Shown here: positions 23,938 through 38,045 of the stretch, in pieces
Layout: each line of letters starts with the position of its first letter
Position numbering within the stretch: position 1 is the first letter of the stretch
Assembly (NCBI GenBank): GCA_964016885.1
Contig: OZ024742.1
Location: 197,222,001 to 197,286,000, forward strand
DNA from: Eledone cirrhosa
Lineage: Eukaryota
DNA: 64,000 nt
Direction: 5' to 3'
The notes under the pieces: generated by a model
Told to the model about the DNA's origin: nothing
The model's input: only the letters and a program-made list of their open reading frames with translations
The model's database searches: none
Program-made: the position numbers and the translations under genes

Positions 23938-24707
23938 TGGAACACTGGAAGGTAGTATCCGTAGATAATATCCGTAGGAAATATCCGTGGTAATATCCGT
24001 AGGTAATATCCGTGGTAGAGCACCCAGTCCATGGGACGAGTTAGGTAGAAATATATATATATATATATATGCATATATGCATATGAGCCTGTAGGAAATC
24101 GCAAGATGATTGTATTTAGGCAGCGGTTAAGTGGTGTCGCGTGTATCCACCGTCGGGATAACTAATTTCAAACTGATCTCACCAAAACATACATTTAACG
24201 CATGAGGAACAGATACTGATTTAGGAACTGAAATGCATTCAATACATTCCACGTATTGAAATTAATATAGATTTAATAGAATAATTTAATACATTAATAT
24301 ATATTTAATATATATTTTCTAATTCGCCAGAGTGAAATATATTAGATATAACTAACTCAAAACAAGATGGACGAGAGAGTCCTGAATTTCATGTTAGCTA
24401 TCAACTTAAAGAACACTAACCTCTTGTATTGAAAGGGAATTGGCGTTTTAGGATACTCGTATGGTCTTAAAGTAAATATATATACAGTATATATGTCAAA
24501 ATAACAATATATTTTCTTTTGCTAATCAATTAAAAATCACCCTAACAGTAACCGCACTGATAAATTTATCCTAATCCTAACACTAACCCTAACCCTAACC
24601 GCCATATAACTTTCAGAATATTAGCTAAGATCTTTCTTTCCCTTATTACGAAGCATTTTCCCCCTACAAATAAATATAGTAACATTTTTAATAGAAATAC
24701 TATTAAA

Positions 24708-25253
24708 ATGTCTTACTCTACGACTCCTAACCTTGCACATAACATCACAGCTTCAAATTTAGCTAAACTACCTAACCGTAGGAACACGTGCAACCCTGTA
24801 GTTAGTACTAACTGTAATTGTAGAAATCGGGTTGATTGCCCCCTATCCGAGAAATGCCTCACTAGTAACATTGTCTACAAATGTAAGGTTGAAACACCCA
24901 CGTCCCGTAGGGCCTACATAGGGTTAACCGCCAATAGATTCAAGCTGCGTCTTTACATGCATACCCATTCTTTTCGTTACCCTCTTAGAAGGAATATGAC
25001 ATCACTTTCAGCTTATATCTGGAGTCTAAAAGACAACCACACCCAATTTAAGTTAGACTGGGAGATCCTAGCTCAGGCTAGATCGTATAACGGAAATAAA
25101 AGACCATGTGACCTCTGCGCCACTGAGGCCCTGGAAATACTCTACGCCACAGACCACATCTTAAACAAAAAATCTGAGGCAATTTCGGCTTGTAAACATA
25201 AATTGCACAAAACTTTCCTGTATTACAGCCCCACATTATACCCTAACGGATAG
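24708..25253 (+). CDS. PLE GIY-YIG endonuclease domain (C-terminal fragment)
   Basis: CNC-x5-CPL..KCL..NIVY...AYIGLT..FK.R, CDLC..E, LNKKSE...CKH, matching the Naiad-type GIY-YIG layout. Confidence 0.88.
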   Translation: MSYSTTPNLAHNITASNLAKLPNRRNTCNPVVSTNCNCRNRVDCPLSEKCLTSNIVYKCKVETPTSRRAYIGLTANRFKLRLYMHTHSFRYPLRRNMTSLSAYIWSLKDNHTQFKLDWEILAQARSYNGNKRPCDLCATEALEILYATDHILNKKSEAISACKHKLHKTFLYYSPTLYPNG

Positions 25254-26175
25254 TACGATCTATACGTGGATTATTTACGTCTTGATGTGGTAGCTAAGTA
25301 TATGTTGTGTTTATACCATTACTTATTTGCATAGGTAAGTATATATTACCTGTATGTTTTGTGAAGGTACGTATACTTTCTCATACGTATATTTGATTGA
25401 TTATGTTGTGGCGTATACATTTTTTATATTTTCTGGTACATATGGTTTGGTTATGTGTATACGGGAGTTTTGCGTCTGCGTGTGTATGCAGGTTCGTACC
25501 TATGTAGGGTGTGTGTATATGTGTACTTCATGTTTTGGCTGACTTGCGTCTTCGAACATTTGTGTATTTACATGTAGGTATGTGGGTGCGCTTGTTATAT
25601 ACGTATTTATTTATTTATATACGTTTATTTAATTATTTATTTGTATACACGCCCACACACACACACATATTTATATGTGCGTGGTTTTGTATACCTATGG
25701 CAAGTGTTTTGCGTATGCTTGTGTATGTACGTATTTGAATATGTGTATGCATTTATTTAATTTCTATTACCCCTGTATTGTATTTATTTACTTTTTTCTT
25801 AACTCTGAAGCGGAGATTCATTCGGTTTCCTAGTTAGAATTTAGTCTACGACTTCAGCTATACCATTTACGTGGTTTTGTCTTTGCGTGCAATTGTTCTC
25901 CACGCTCCACATATGACGTATTATCTTCGTTTTTTTCTGTTCATTGCCAGATAACGTCTCTATGAACCACCTAAGAGAACATTAGTCTACGACTTCTTTT
26001 ATACCATAAACGTGGTTCTGTCTTTGCGCGTAATTGTTTTTCACCGCTCCTATTAATGACGTATTATATTCGTTTTTTCCCGTTCTTTGCCAGGGAACGT
26101 TTCCACGAACCAAAGTATCGTCTTCCTGTCTTCCTCCGGTTGCAACGTTTTATGAAATAACCACTTCTGCGTTTA

Positions 26176-26249
26176 CAGATTGACTTTGTTAGTTTCAGAA
26201 GATCCCGTTAAGGGTGAAAGCAGCGATTCTTTGCTTAAACTTTAATCTG
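26176..26249 (+). ncRNA. type I hammerhead ribozyme variant (CAGAAGA core)
   Basis: cagattga..agttt CAGAAGA tccc-gttaa-gggt GAAA gca...tg CTT aaact ttaatctg. Confidence 0.65.
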
Positions 26250-26257
26250 TTATTTTA

Positions 26258-26320
<63 letters not shown>

Positions 26321-26471
26321 TTAAAATTTTAATATTTTATCTTGACTCTGTATTCCGTTTATCTTTCACCGAAAGTGATTTTTGAATGCATCTCTTCTTT
26401 CCATGATATCCGGATTACATTGAGTTCTTCATACGGATTGGACACTACCGTAAACTCTTGGTAGATTTATC

Positions 26472-26947
<476 letters not shown>

Positions 26948-27308
26948 GAATGAATGTGGTTTAGTTTAAGAGAGGAAAGTGAATTATATATAGAATTATT
27001 AAAGAAATACAAGATAAACTACATTCATATAATACTTTATAATATATAACGTTTGATAGTCACGTAAAAAGGATTAGAGAAATCGTAACTTATTGCTATT
27101 CAGGTTACATTTCTGTTTAATTTACTTATGACATCAATGTATACAGCACCGATGATCATGTAATACATGTTATGTCTGATGATTTAACTAGTCTGCCGAT
27201 CTACAGGACCAGAATTTATAATATATTTATACATACATACACACACACAGATATGTATATATATGAAAAAATTCAGGAGTATGGCTGAGCGCCAGCCGTG
27301 TCAAGAGC

Positions 27309-27428
<120 letters not shown>

Positions 27429-28237
27429 ATAAGGTTGTTTTCATTTTTTGTCTGTTTTCCCTAAAATATTAACTCATCTCTCTCTCTCTATATATATATA
27501 TATATGTGTGTGTGTGCGTGTGTAATTTCATTCAGAATATAACGTAGTGGGTCTGATCCCGAAACTATATGTGGTTGCAAAGTGAACTCCTGAACCACAC
27601 AGGCATGCCTGCGTCTATTATATAAGATTATTATACAAGAAGCCCCATAAAAAAAAAAAAAAAAAAAAAAAATGACGAGAAATGTTGATTTTGTTCAGCC
27701 AGAAACTCAAGATTCATCATTGAATCGTTTTTCTTTTGTATTCCTCAATAACAATAAACAACGCTCCCTCCATCCCGACATTCCCATCACGAATACCTGC
27801 CGTGAGAGAACCGTGGGAGATTCAAATAGATACTGCTTTTATTTTGTGTGTCTATCCAAACAGCGAAGCTATGAATATCGCCAGTATGCAGATGTGTCAT
27901 TCCATTTTATTGTTATTAACGACAACTAACATTAGATCAAAGCTGATCTACCAAAGACTACAGTAAATAAAGACCTTGAAATGACGTAGCCTAAATATTG
28001 TGTATTCAAAATGTTGTTTTCATTACAAATGTGGACTATTATGTAAATAATCTTATAAGAATAATATAGCTTCTCACATTCAGAAACCTTTCTATACAGT
28101 TTATGTGGTTACATATATATGTATGTATATGTATGTATACACACACACACACACATATATATATTTATATATATATACATACATATGAACATTTATTTTT
28201 ATATTATATTATATTATATTATGTTATATTATATTGA

Positions 28238-28416
28238 ATTGGCAGTATCGGTAGAGAGTTGGACGCCATGCTTTGCAGCATAGAGTTACGGCCCTTTAAG
28301 GTCTGAATTCAAATCCCGCCGAGGTTAACTTTGCCTTTCATCCTTACGGGGTCGATAAAATAAAGTACCAGTAATGTACTGGGTAATTGCTGGCCTTGTG
28401 CCTAAAGTAGAAACAA
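28238..28416 (+). mobile_element. SINE family A
   Basis: A box, B-box remnant, core and tail; flanked by (TTATA)n. Confidence 0.85.
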
Positions 28417-29136
28417 TTTTATTATATTATATATATATATAAGTTTCTATGTATATATATATATGTGTATTATTTTTTTATATTAATACAGAATGTATCT
28501 TTATCAAATATTGCAAAGCCTGATCTAACCAAAAGATGGTTTCATTTCGTTTGTAGAGAGATAAAAACGATAATAATACACCAGATTGAATCAAACAATA
28601 AATGAAAAAAGAGGAAGAGGAAAAAGAAAAGCAAAGAAGGGGGCACCCCTGGCTAGGTGGTGTATATCATATACGCCACGCGGACAAAATGACGAAAGCA
28701 TTTCCTGCAAACAATAGCAAGTACCACCAGCTGCATCATACATGCAATCTCATGGGGGCTCTTTCCTCGGGTGCCATGCACTCCTCCCGATTTTGTAGAG
28801 GAAAACAACAGTTCAGATATCGAGGACACTGGAAGTCTCATCATCGACCAACACGATAAAGGAAAAGGGTCGCTTATATCCCAGTATAGGGATATCTATG
28901 AAGTAGATTGAGTTGACAAACGATCAAAGGTGTTTCAGCTCCGACCGCCCCATCATCGTTTGGAGTAATAAATACCTAGGATTCTAGTATCCAATGCGTA
29001 TTTCCAATTTTAAAATAATGCAATGTGATTTGAAAGACACGTGGCTGTTATTTCTAGCAGATTGAAGTACCACGTAAAAGTTCCCATGATAACTGGAATC
29101 CCATGTAGGTGTTTTCAGTTGAAAATATTATAAATA

Positions 29137-29334
29137 TTGGTTTCTGATTTAGGCACAAGGCCAACAATTTCGGAGGGGGAGAAGGTCAACTAAATCGACC
29201 CAGTGCATTACTGGTACTTAATTTTAAGGCAAAGCCAACCTCGGTGGGATTTGAACTCAGATCGTAACGGGCCGTAACTCTAATCCATAAAGCATGTTGT
29301 CCGACGCTCCACCGATACTGCTAATCCACCGCCC
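29137..29334 (-). mobile_element. SINE family A (longer-tail subfamily)
   Basis: tRNA head, B box, core with a small deletion. Confidence 0.8.
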
Positions 29335-29508
29335 TGAAAATATAATAAATATTGAGAGGGATGATAACATCTGAATAAGCAGTGCAACATTTCCACTTCT
29401 CGTCTAATTAACGTGAGATTTGTAAACAAAAGCCGTCATACTAGCTATAAAATAGACAAAGGGCGAAGTCAGATGGTTGTAGAATGTTGCCTACAATACT
29501 TTAATAAT

Positions 29509-29645
29509 TCACCTGCGGTTGGCCAGCTCAGCGCATATGGTGGTGAGTAGGGAGGTAGCCCTGTGGCCAAGGGGACCAGAAGTCTCCACTGCCGAGGGCA
29601 CGACCGCAAACCTGTCGGAGAGCGTCCGGTACTTTAACCATCTTA
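29509..29645 (-). pseudogene. fragment of restriction-like endonuclease of a CRE/HERO-type non-LTR element
   Basis: KYRTLSDRFAVVPSAVETSGPLGHRATSLLTTI matches the KY..L.....P.AVET.G..G..A..LL pattern. Confidence 0.6.
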
Positions 29646-30289
29646 TTTGAGCGCTCCAGCATGGCCGTAAGATTAAGACATTCGCTTCGTAATCAAATGG
29701 TTCTACGTGATAAAGGACCCGTGCCATGTTATCATTTTATCTGTCAAAACATGTGTGGAAGTCCTAGAAAAGGGTTAGTGATGCTGCCAGTCCTTCTTTA
29801 ACAAAGCTCCACACACACATGCACACACACACACATACACATGGACACACGTACACACCCACACGTACACACCAACACCTACACACGCACACACAAACAC
29901 ACACATATACACACACATAAAAACACACGTACATACATACGCACACATGTATACACACTCACACACACACATGCATGCACACACAAACACACACATATAC
30001 ACACATAAAAACACACGTACATAGATACACACACATGCATACACACACACGCAATCGCACGCATACACACACATACATGCACACACATATATACACACGC
30101 ACACACGTGCACACCCACGCATACACACGCACACACACATACACGCACACACACACACACATACACAAACACACAAACACACACACACAGAAACACACAA
30201 ACACACAAACACACGTATAAATGATAAGTATCAATTTATGATCTGATGAGCTGTGCCTCCCCGTCTAGAGTCAATTATAGTAGTTAATA

Positions 30290-30603
30290 CAAATCCCGCC
30301 GAGGTTGACTTTGCCTTTCATCCTTACGGGGGTCGATAAAATAAAGTACCAGTAATGAACTGAGTATTTGCTGGCCTTGTGCCTAAAGTAGAAACAAATA
30401 TTTAATTTAAACAATGGTTTCTTATATAGGCACAAGCCCAGCAATTTTTGGGGAGGGGAAAGTCAATTAAATCGACCCCAGTGCGTGACTGGTACTTTAT
30501 TTTATCGACCCCGTAAGGATGAAAGGAAAAGTTACCCTCGGCGGGATTTGAACTCATATCGTAAAGGGGCGTAACTCTATGCTGCAATGAATGGCGTCCG
30601 ACC
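30290..30603. mobile_element. tail-to-tail pair of SINE family A copies
   Basis: Plus copy at 30290-30397, minus copy at 30413-30603. Confidence 0.85.
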
Positions 30604-31238
30604 CCAACAATGCTATTGAAAACACCTCATTACAAAACTATCCTGACAACCAGTTCAGCGCCGGCGGAAACATTCCTTGAGTGACTTTGTACGAAGTTAT
30701 GATATCAACGGTCGAATTACATTTTGATATGAGCTGATATGAGACAACGGTAAAAGACGAAAATGTAATATAATAAAAGGAAAAAATATATATATAAGAG
30801 AAAAAAACCCACTATTTTCTACGAGATCATCGTAATTGTTATTAAAATGATCGAAGAGATAAAATATAACTTAATAGTGGAAGGTGGGGACAATTTCACT
30901 TTCAATGCTTGTCAAACATATATGGCTTTGTATTAATATTTTTTTTTCTCAGGTGAACGCACTAGGAGCGGCAGTGTTTTAGTTATATGAGTGCATAAGT
31001 CAGTTTGTGGACGTACCAATTATATATATATATATATATATTACACACACATACACACACACATATACATACACACATATACATACACACACACGTACAC
31101 ACACATACACATACACACACACGTACACATACATAAACGCACATGCACACACATACACACACACAAAAACGCGCAGGCACTCGTGTATATCATCAAAACT
31201 CGGTCTTGTCACACACAAACTCAATCCATATACACACT

Positions 31239-31317
<79 letters not shown>

Positions 31318-31439
31318 CACGCAATCACACACATCATACCACGGTCTTATCTTGCCTCCGATCAGACTAAAATACTCTAACATATACAAAAAGTGTTAAA
31401 CAGAGTTTTGGTCAAAGGTAATTTGTTTAAATAAATAAC

Positions 31440-31848
31440 TGTTTCTACTTTTGGCACAAGGCCAGCAATTACCCAGTGCATTACTGGTACTTTATTCTAT
31501 CGACCCCTGAAGGATGAAAGGCAAAGTTAACCTCGGCGGGATTTGAACTCAGATCATACAGGGACGCTTCAAAGCATGGCATCCGACCCTCTACCGATAC
31601 TTCCAATCCACCGCTTTGTTTAAATAAATAACATTGGTTTGATTTAGACACAAGGCCAATCATTATTTGGGAGGGAACAGCCGATTAAATCAACCCCAGT
31701 GCGTTACTGGTACTTTATTTTATCGACACTGTAAGGATGAAAGGCAAAGCTAACCTTGGTAGGATTTGAAACCATTACGAAAAGGACCGTGACTCTAAGC
31801 CACGAAGCAGGGTGTCCGATGCTCTACCGATTCTGCCAATCCACAGCC
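31440..31848 (-). mobile_element. two tandem SINE family A copies
   Basis: 31440-31614 and 31634-31848; TTTGTTTAAATAAATAAC occurs on both sides of the first copy (possible TSD). Confidence 0.85.
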
Positions 31849-32257
31849 TTTTTTGCTTAAATAATATTCAAAGACAAAGATTGTTTTTTTTTTTTTACTT
31901 CTCTTGAATTTTGGTTTATTAATTGAGATGAGGGCTGAAACTTCATTCCCAAATAGGAAGATAAATAAGGAATATCTACCTATTTATCGTAAAATCACTT
32001 AATTTAAACTCTACAAAATACTTCACCAATGCTGGTATAGTCATTGCCCCAGTCTCTCTCTATTATAAGCATATGGGGGTCCAAGCGCTGGTCCCGCGAC
32101 CCCGTCGGACAGAATAGGACCCGAGAGAACATAACTAAAAGTGGCTAGTAACATGGAGTTTGTCAATTAGGTTGAAATGACGGACGGGATAAATTCTTCC
32201 ACACATCTCTCTTTTTCCTATGTATATTAATTCGACAATGAACTAATACTTGATTCA

Positions 32258-32497
32258 TTAATCTTTCCATTACCAAATTTCTAATGAATGACACTTTAAA
32301 AAAATATTTTAATAAAAATTTGAAAGGATTTAGTAATAACTATGACATTATAAATTTGGTTTTTGGAACATAACATAATGGATTTTGCATGAAATTATAA
32401 TGGGAGGTTTTTAGCTAAATATAATTAAGTTAAAATGAAATGTTTTGTACCCTAAAATAAGGGGCTGTTTCAGACCGTTTGCTATCAAAAGGGTAAA
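32258..32497. mobile_element. degenerate piggyBac-type MITE
   Basis: Ends TTAATCTTTCCATTACC and GCTATCAAAAGGGTAAA resemble decayed TTAA-CCCTTT terminal inverted repeats. Confidence 0.45.
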
Positions 32498-32650
32498 ACT
32501 TCTTTCCCTGCTCCTTCAAAGTTGCTAACAATGGGAGATAAGTTTTTGTTTCCCATTTTGCATATTTCAAAGAATTCAGTAAATTTCTTCTGTACTACAT
32601 TTGTAACCTAAATGACTAAATCCATGTCAAACAACACATACACACACACA

Positions 32651-32726
<76 letters not shown>

Positions 32727-32776
32727 TGTATGTATGTATGTATGTATGTATGTATGTATGTATATATGTATGTAAG

Positions 32777-32817
<41 letters not shown>

Positions 32818-32908
32818 ATGTATGTATGTATATGTATGTATATATATATACATATATGTATATCTATCTATCTCTATATATATATGTATATCTATCTATC
32901 TATCTATC

Positions 32909-32987
<79 letters not shown>

Positions 32988-33687
32988 AGGGAGTGTAACT
33001 TGGAGTTACTGTAGGTTTAGCATTTCATTGGGTCAGTCGAGCCGCAGATTACAGATCGAACCTTGAGCTGATCAGTGGCGAAACGCGCGTCACCCAACCA
33101 ATAAATGTAAGGAAGGAGTAACCAATCGTCATTGTTATCTTTTCACTATATATATAGAGAGAAGGAGAGAGAGAGCGCGCAAACGGGTAATATAACATGT
33201 CTCATCATATTGTTTCTGACTAGAATTTTCCTTTATGCCGAATGAGTTAAGCAGTATGCATTGTATATCAAGTTGTCCTGACACCAAGGAACATATACAA
33301 TGCGTAACAAAGGTCATAACCTAACATGGTATTAACATGTGTTTGTCTATTCTCATGATTATATCAACTGTGATTTTAAATATTTATAGTTTTTTAAACA
33401 TAGAAGCATATATCAGGTTTAGATGGCGCACACACATATAAGCGCATAGATACATACAATACAAAGTAAGTGTAAATGTATATACATACACATGAACGAA
33501 AATAAAAATGTACACATACATATTCTTACATGAACACACATGTAATACAGTTTGTTAAAAATAGGTAAATAAAAGAATTGGTTTATCGTCAGGTGAAATA
33601 GAGTCTGTTGTTTTACGCAACCCACTTCACTGGACAATACACTCACACATACACATTCTCCTCCTCCTCCTTGCTTCTCCCCCCCCC

Positions 33688-33750
<63 letters not shown>

Positions 33751-34479
33751 AGAAAAGGAAAAATCAGTGATCCATCTGGACTTAGTTTATTTCGTGTTAC
33801 AAATGTTTCGACGCCATGTAGCTCGAGTCATGGTCCTTGTATGGATCTGGCTGATTCTACTTCTGCAGGTTCTTTCAGATACGGGTGTTACGTCCGGAGC
33901 AAATTTTATCATTGGGGTGTTATCATCACAAAACACCCTAAAAAAAAACTCTATTTCCACTCTTGTCATGCTATTGGCTGTTTTTACTCCACGCCATCAC
34001 AAGTTCTGGTCAGTATCTGCTGCCACACGGTTCATCAACCATTTTCCGTCCGACACATTTCAATGGAGTCATGCTGGGTTCAGTACTTCACACGTCTGCT
34101 CACACTTCTGAAGGCAGGAGGCATGGGAATGAGTACGCACAGAACCGATTGGTCTAGCGGGATTAGGGGACCTGACGCCATACCATGATGACGGTGTCCG
34201 ACCCGTGGGGCAATCATATGTAAACCGGGTGCGCACGTGACCGGGCACACAACATTGGAAGATACACCGCATGGGCCGGGACCGGCTGACACGGGGCCCA
34301 CTGCCACCCGGTCCTGTGCAATGAATGTATAGAACAGCACACCCCATCCACGGTGCCATGCCCGATGGCGACCGTGAAGGGCGTCACATTGAATGTGTGC
34401 ACCGTCAATCGTGACTATATACTCTACATCTGTTCTATTTTGGAACAGTGATTATTAATATCATTATTGCTTTATCCAT

Positions 34480-34670
34480 AGGGCGGTGGATTGGCAGTAT
34501 CGGTAGAGAGTCGGATGCCATGCTTTGAAGCATAGAGTTACGCCCCTTTATGATCTGAGTTCAAATCCCGCCGAGGTTAACTTTGCCCTTCATCCTTACG
34601 GGGTCGATAAAATAAAGTACCAGTAATGTACTGGGTAATTGCTGGCCTTGTGCCAAAAGTAGAAACAATT
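34480..34670 (+). mobile_element. SINE family A, full length with target-site duplication
   Basis: ATTATTGCTTTATCC present before (~34463-34477) and after (~34668-34682) the SINE. Confidence 0.9.
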
Positions 34671-35197
34671 ATTGCTTTATCCTTGTTCTGTTACTGTTAC
34701 CTGTTCTGTCCACGGACACAAGTTTGCATCTCATAATACCTGTGTGTAGTATATCGCATGGACGCACGTACCTTCTCCTGTACCCCCCCCCCCTCCGTTT
34801 TTTATTTTTTTTATTTTTTATTTTATTTTACTCGTACCTTTATTTTACCCCTTCTTTTCTTGTACCTATTTATGCAGTTACATACAGATTTTAATGGACC
34901 CTAAAATATTGTAAATTTATTTATTTATTTTATTTTATTATCATATTGTGTTTATGTTCGCGTGTTTTTATGTGTGGCCATGCATGTGGGTATATGTGCC
35001 TGTGTGTGTGAGTTGATGCGTGTGTATGCATATATATACGTGGGTAGGTGTGTGCCGGGGTGTGTGTATGGACATGGGTGCGTGAGTGCACGAGTGTATA
35101 CGCGCCTGTATGTGCAGATATGTGCATATATATACATATGTGGCGGAATGTGGGTGTATGTGTGTGTGGGTATGTGTATATGCGTGTCTATATAGGA

Positions 35198-35267
<70 letters not shown>

Positions 35268-35309
35268 ATATATATATGTATGTATATATATATGTATATA
35301 TATACATAT

Positions 35310-35750
35310 AGGCAGAATATTGTCAAGGCAGAATTCTCCGGGAGAGATGACCCCTTAGCCTTTGTCAAGGCAGAATTCTAGGAGAAGGAAAACTCTGATA
35401 TAACACCTGCAACCCTGATGGTATCCAATGATGTTGACTTGTTCTTCTTTTTGGTAAATATCATCTTGGTTAAGAGAGTGGGACTGGCTTTGTGCAGTGC
35501 CTTTGCTCACTATAAAAGCTTCACGGCACAGGCATTGCTTTATATCTGGAGATCTCTCTGCACTTGTCGTCAGATGGTACCATGGGCCCAGCACTATGTG
35601 TCAATAATTGTCACAAGTGTAGTGTTTGTACCAGAGTCTTCAAGTCGCTGGCTGGACTAAAAAGTCACACTTGTTCAGCGCATCGGTAGGGGTTCTCCTA
35701 CATGGATATAAAGTAGTGGCCGTACTCGAAAACGAGTTGGCAGCCACCAT
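35310..35750 (+). mobile_element. bipartite non-autonomous RTE derivative
   Basis: GGAGAAGGAAAACTCTGA 5'UTR motif; 3' part encodes HKCSVCTRVFKSLAGLKSHTCSAHR* (RTE C-terminal C2H2). Confidence 0.8.
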
Positions 35751-36172
35751 GTATATATCTATGTCTATGTATGTATGTGTGAGTATGTACGTATAGCCAC
35801 GTATGAGTAGGTGTGTATGTGTGTGGATGGGTAAGTGTGCGTATATATATATGGGTGTGTATGTGTATATGTGTGGATGTGTATGTGGGTGCAGGTGCAT
35901 GCATATGCGGGCCTCTATATGTGTGTATACAGGTATGTGTCTATGTGCATCTCATAGGATTGTGTGCGGATGGTTATATATGGACTATATATGCTTTTTA
36001 TTATTACTGTTATTCTTGTTGTATTATTTTATCACATATCCTCTATATATATCCATATATATCCGTATATGTATGTATGAGTCTGTATACGTGTGTATGT
36101 GTATGTGTGTATGTGTCTGTGTCTGTGTCTGTGTGTATATATATGTATGTGTATGTATATGTATATAATAGT

Positions 36173-36214
<42 letters not shown>

Positions 36215-36216
36215 TA

Positions 36217-36411
36217 TAACGAAGGAAATGTGGTAAGGAACCAGGTGGACCATAACGCACCAAAGTACTCAATACTTAGGGTAGTAGAGTGGGTAATAGG
36301 AACGAGTAGGACCCCGACGGTTGAGCTCAAGCCGTTTCGACGGCTAATTCTAATTCTGTCCAGAATTAGCCGTCAAAACAGCTTGAGCTCAGCTGTCCGG
36401 GTCCTACTCGT

Positions 36412-36413
<2 letters not shown>
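36217..36413. mobile_element. PLE pLTR remnant (relative of family N2) with ~55-bp inverted arms
   Basis: Homologous to 56722-56860; 36301-36352 is inverted at 36362-36413 and carries the HHR 3' half GAAAcgg...accGTCgggg. Confidence 0.75.
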
Positions 36414-36445
<32 letters not shown>

Positions 36446-36704
36446 TATTGTATATTATATTAAATTGTATATTTTTTTATGTTAGGGTAATTTACCGTCA
36501 TTTTATGTTTTTATTGCATAATATATTTTTAACTGTTCACCTTCGGGTGTGTTTATATATGTGTGTGTGGGCAGATATGCATCGTGCAGGGGTATGCATG
36601 TGGCAACACGTATACGTATGCATGTGTAGATGTAGGTATATCGGCATATGCGTGGGTATTTGTATGTATATGTGTGGATGTGCGTACGTATGTCTCTCTT
36701 CTTT

Positions 36705-36785
<81 letters not shown>

Positions 36786-37584
36786 AGGTGTGTAGGTAAT
36801 GTTTATGTACGTATGTGATTTCGTATGTATGTGTGGACATGTGTAAGTATACATTTTTATATATATATACGTGTGTGTATGTACATATGTGTATATATAT
36901 ATATATATGTGTGTATACACATGTGTGTATATATGTAAGTATGTGGATGTATGTGTGTTTGTATATATGTGTGTGTATGAGTGTGTATATATATATATTT
37001 AAATGTATAGAAGGTTGGGCGTATGTATACGTGCGCGCGTATGTATGTATATAAGTGTATGTTTGAGTAGGATATGCTTATCCCAATTGATACAGAGCGT
37101 GAAGTAAACAACCGTCAGAAGGCTCGTGGCGGTATGTATCAACAAGTGGGTGTGAATGGGTCCGTGTAGGTGAGGGAGAGACGGTGTGTGAGTATGTATA
37201 CTTCGATGTATTTATGTGGAGGTGGGTGTGTCTGCGCATGTGGGCGTACGCGTGTGTAGGCATAGATGGGTATGTGTCTGCATCTGTGTGTGTTTTTATG
37301 TCCGCATGTATCTGTGTTTTTCTTTATATTGTTTATAACTCCCTATGGTAGAGTAACCATTGAAGTGTACTGACTGTTGGAAAGCTATCATTACTCATAC
37401 TTCTCGCCATCCTACCCATCTCTTCTACGGCTTTGATATAAGTACCCCCGCCGCCTTTCTGGTATTTTTTCTTGGTTGTAAGAGGCTTAGCTCTGTTTCT
37501 TGACCGCTGTATCACGTGATTGACTACCCCTCAGCCGTTAATATGCATAAGGTAAGTACGTTCAACAATCTGGCAGGAAGGTAT

Positions 37585-37627
37585 ACGTTGCTGACGATAG
37601 TTAATAAGCTTGAAAGTAGTACAGCGT
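37585..37627 (+). ncRNA. type I hammerhead ribozyme (slightly degenerate)
   Basis: acgttg CTGACGA tagtt-aata-agct t GAAAG ta GTA cagcgt. Confidence 0.65.
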
Positions 37628-38002
37628 TCCTTTGTCAGTGTTGAACAAACGAGCAACGATGGTTGGTAGACACTACGGCTTAATACGGGATGTTTGTTTA
37701 CAAACACACCGAGCATTATACTAAATGTTCGGTGAATCCATACGTACATATATATATATGTGTGCATGTATGTATATATATATACATACTACTGTACGTC
37801 TGTATACATATATGTATGTACGTGTACATACTTATATTTAAGTAACACCCGTACTAAGAGTGGGAAAATTAAATTTCGTTTCATTTTTTCCGTTTATCGT
37901 TTTCGGTGCACCCGGCCGATTAACCCACTCGATATGCAAATTGGGCTACTCAGCCGTTAATATGCATAAGTATATACGTTTAACAATCTGGCAGGAAGGT
38001 AT

Positions 38003-38045
38003 ACGTTGCTGATGATAGCTAATAAGCTTGAAACTAGTACAGCGT
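38003..38045 (+). ncRNA. type I hammerhead ribozyme
   Basis: acgttg CTGATGA tagct-aata-agct t GAAAC ta GTA cagcgt. Confidence 0.85.

Larger units (their letters stand above)
24620..26262 (+). mobile_element. 5'-truncated Penelope-like element, Naiad-like family N1
   Basis: GIY-YIG ORF, ~1 kb 3'UTR with a ~140-bp internal duplication (25840-26110), terminal HHR, ends in (TA)n; homologous to 53855-55945. Confidence 0.9.

Noticed and set aside
23950-24017. 12-13 bp tandem (AATATCCGTAGGT) as a regulatory array
   Set aside because: About five degenerate copies with no associated structure; an ordinary minisatellite.
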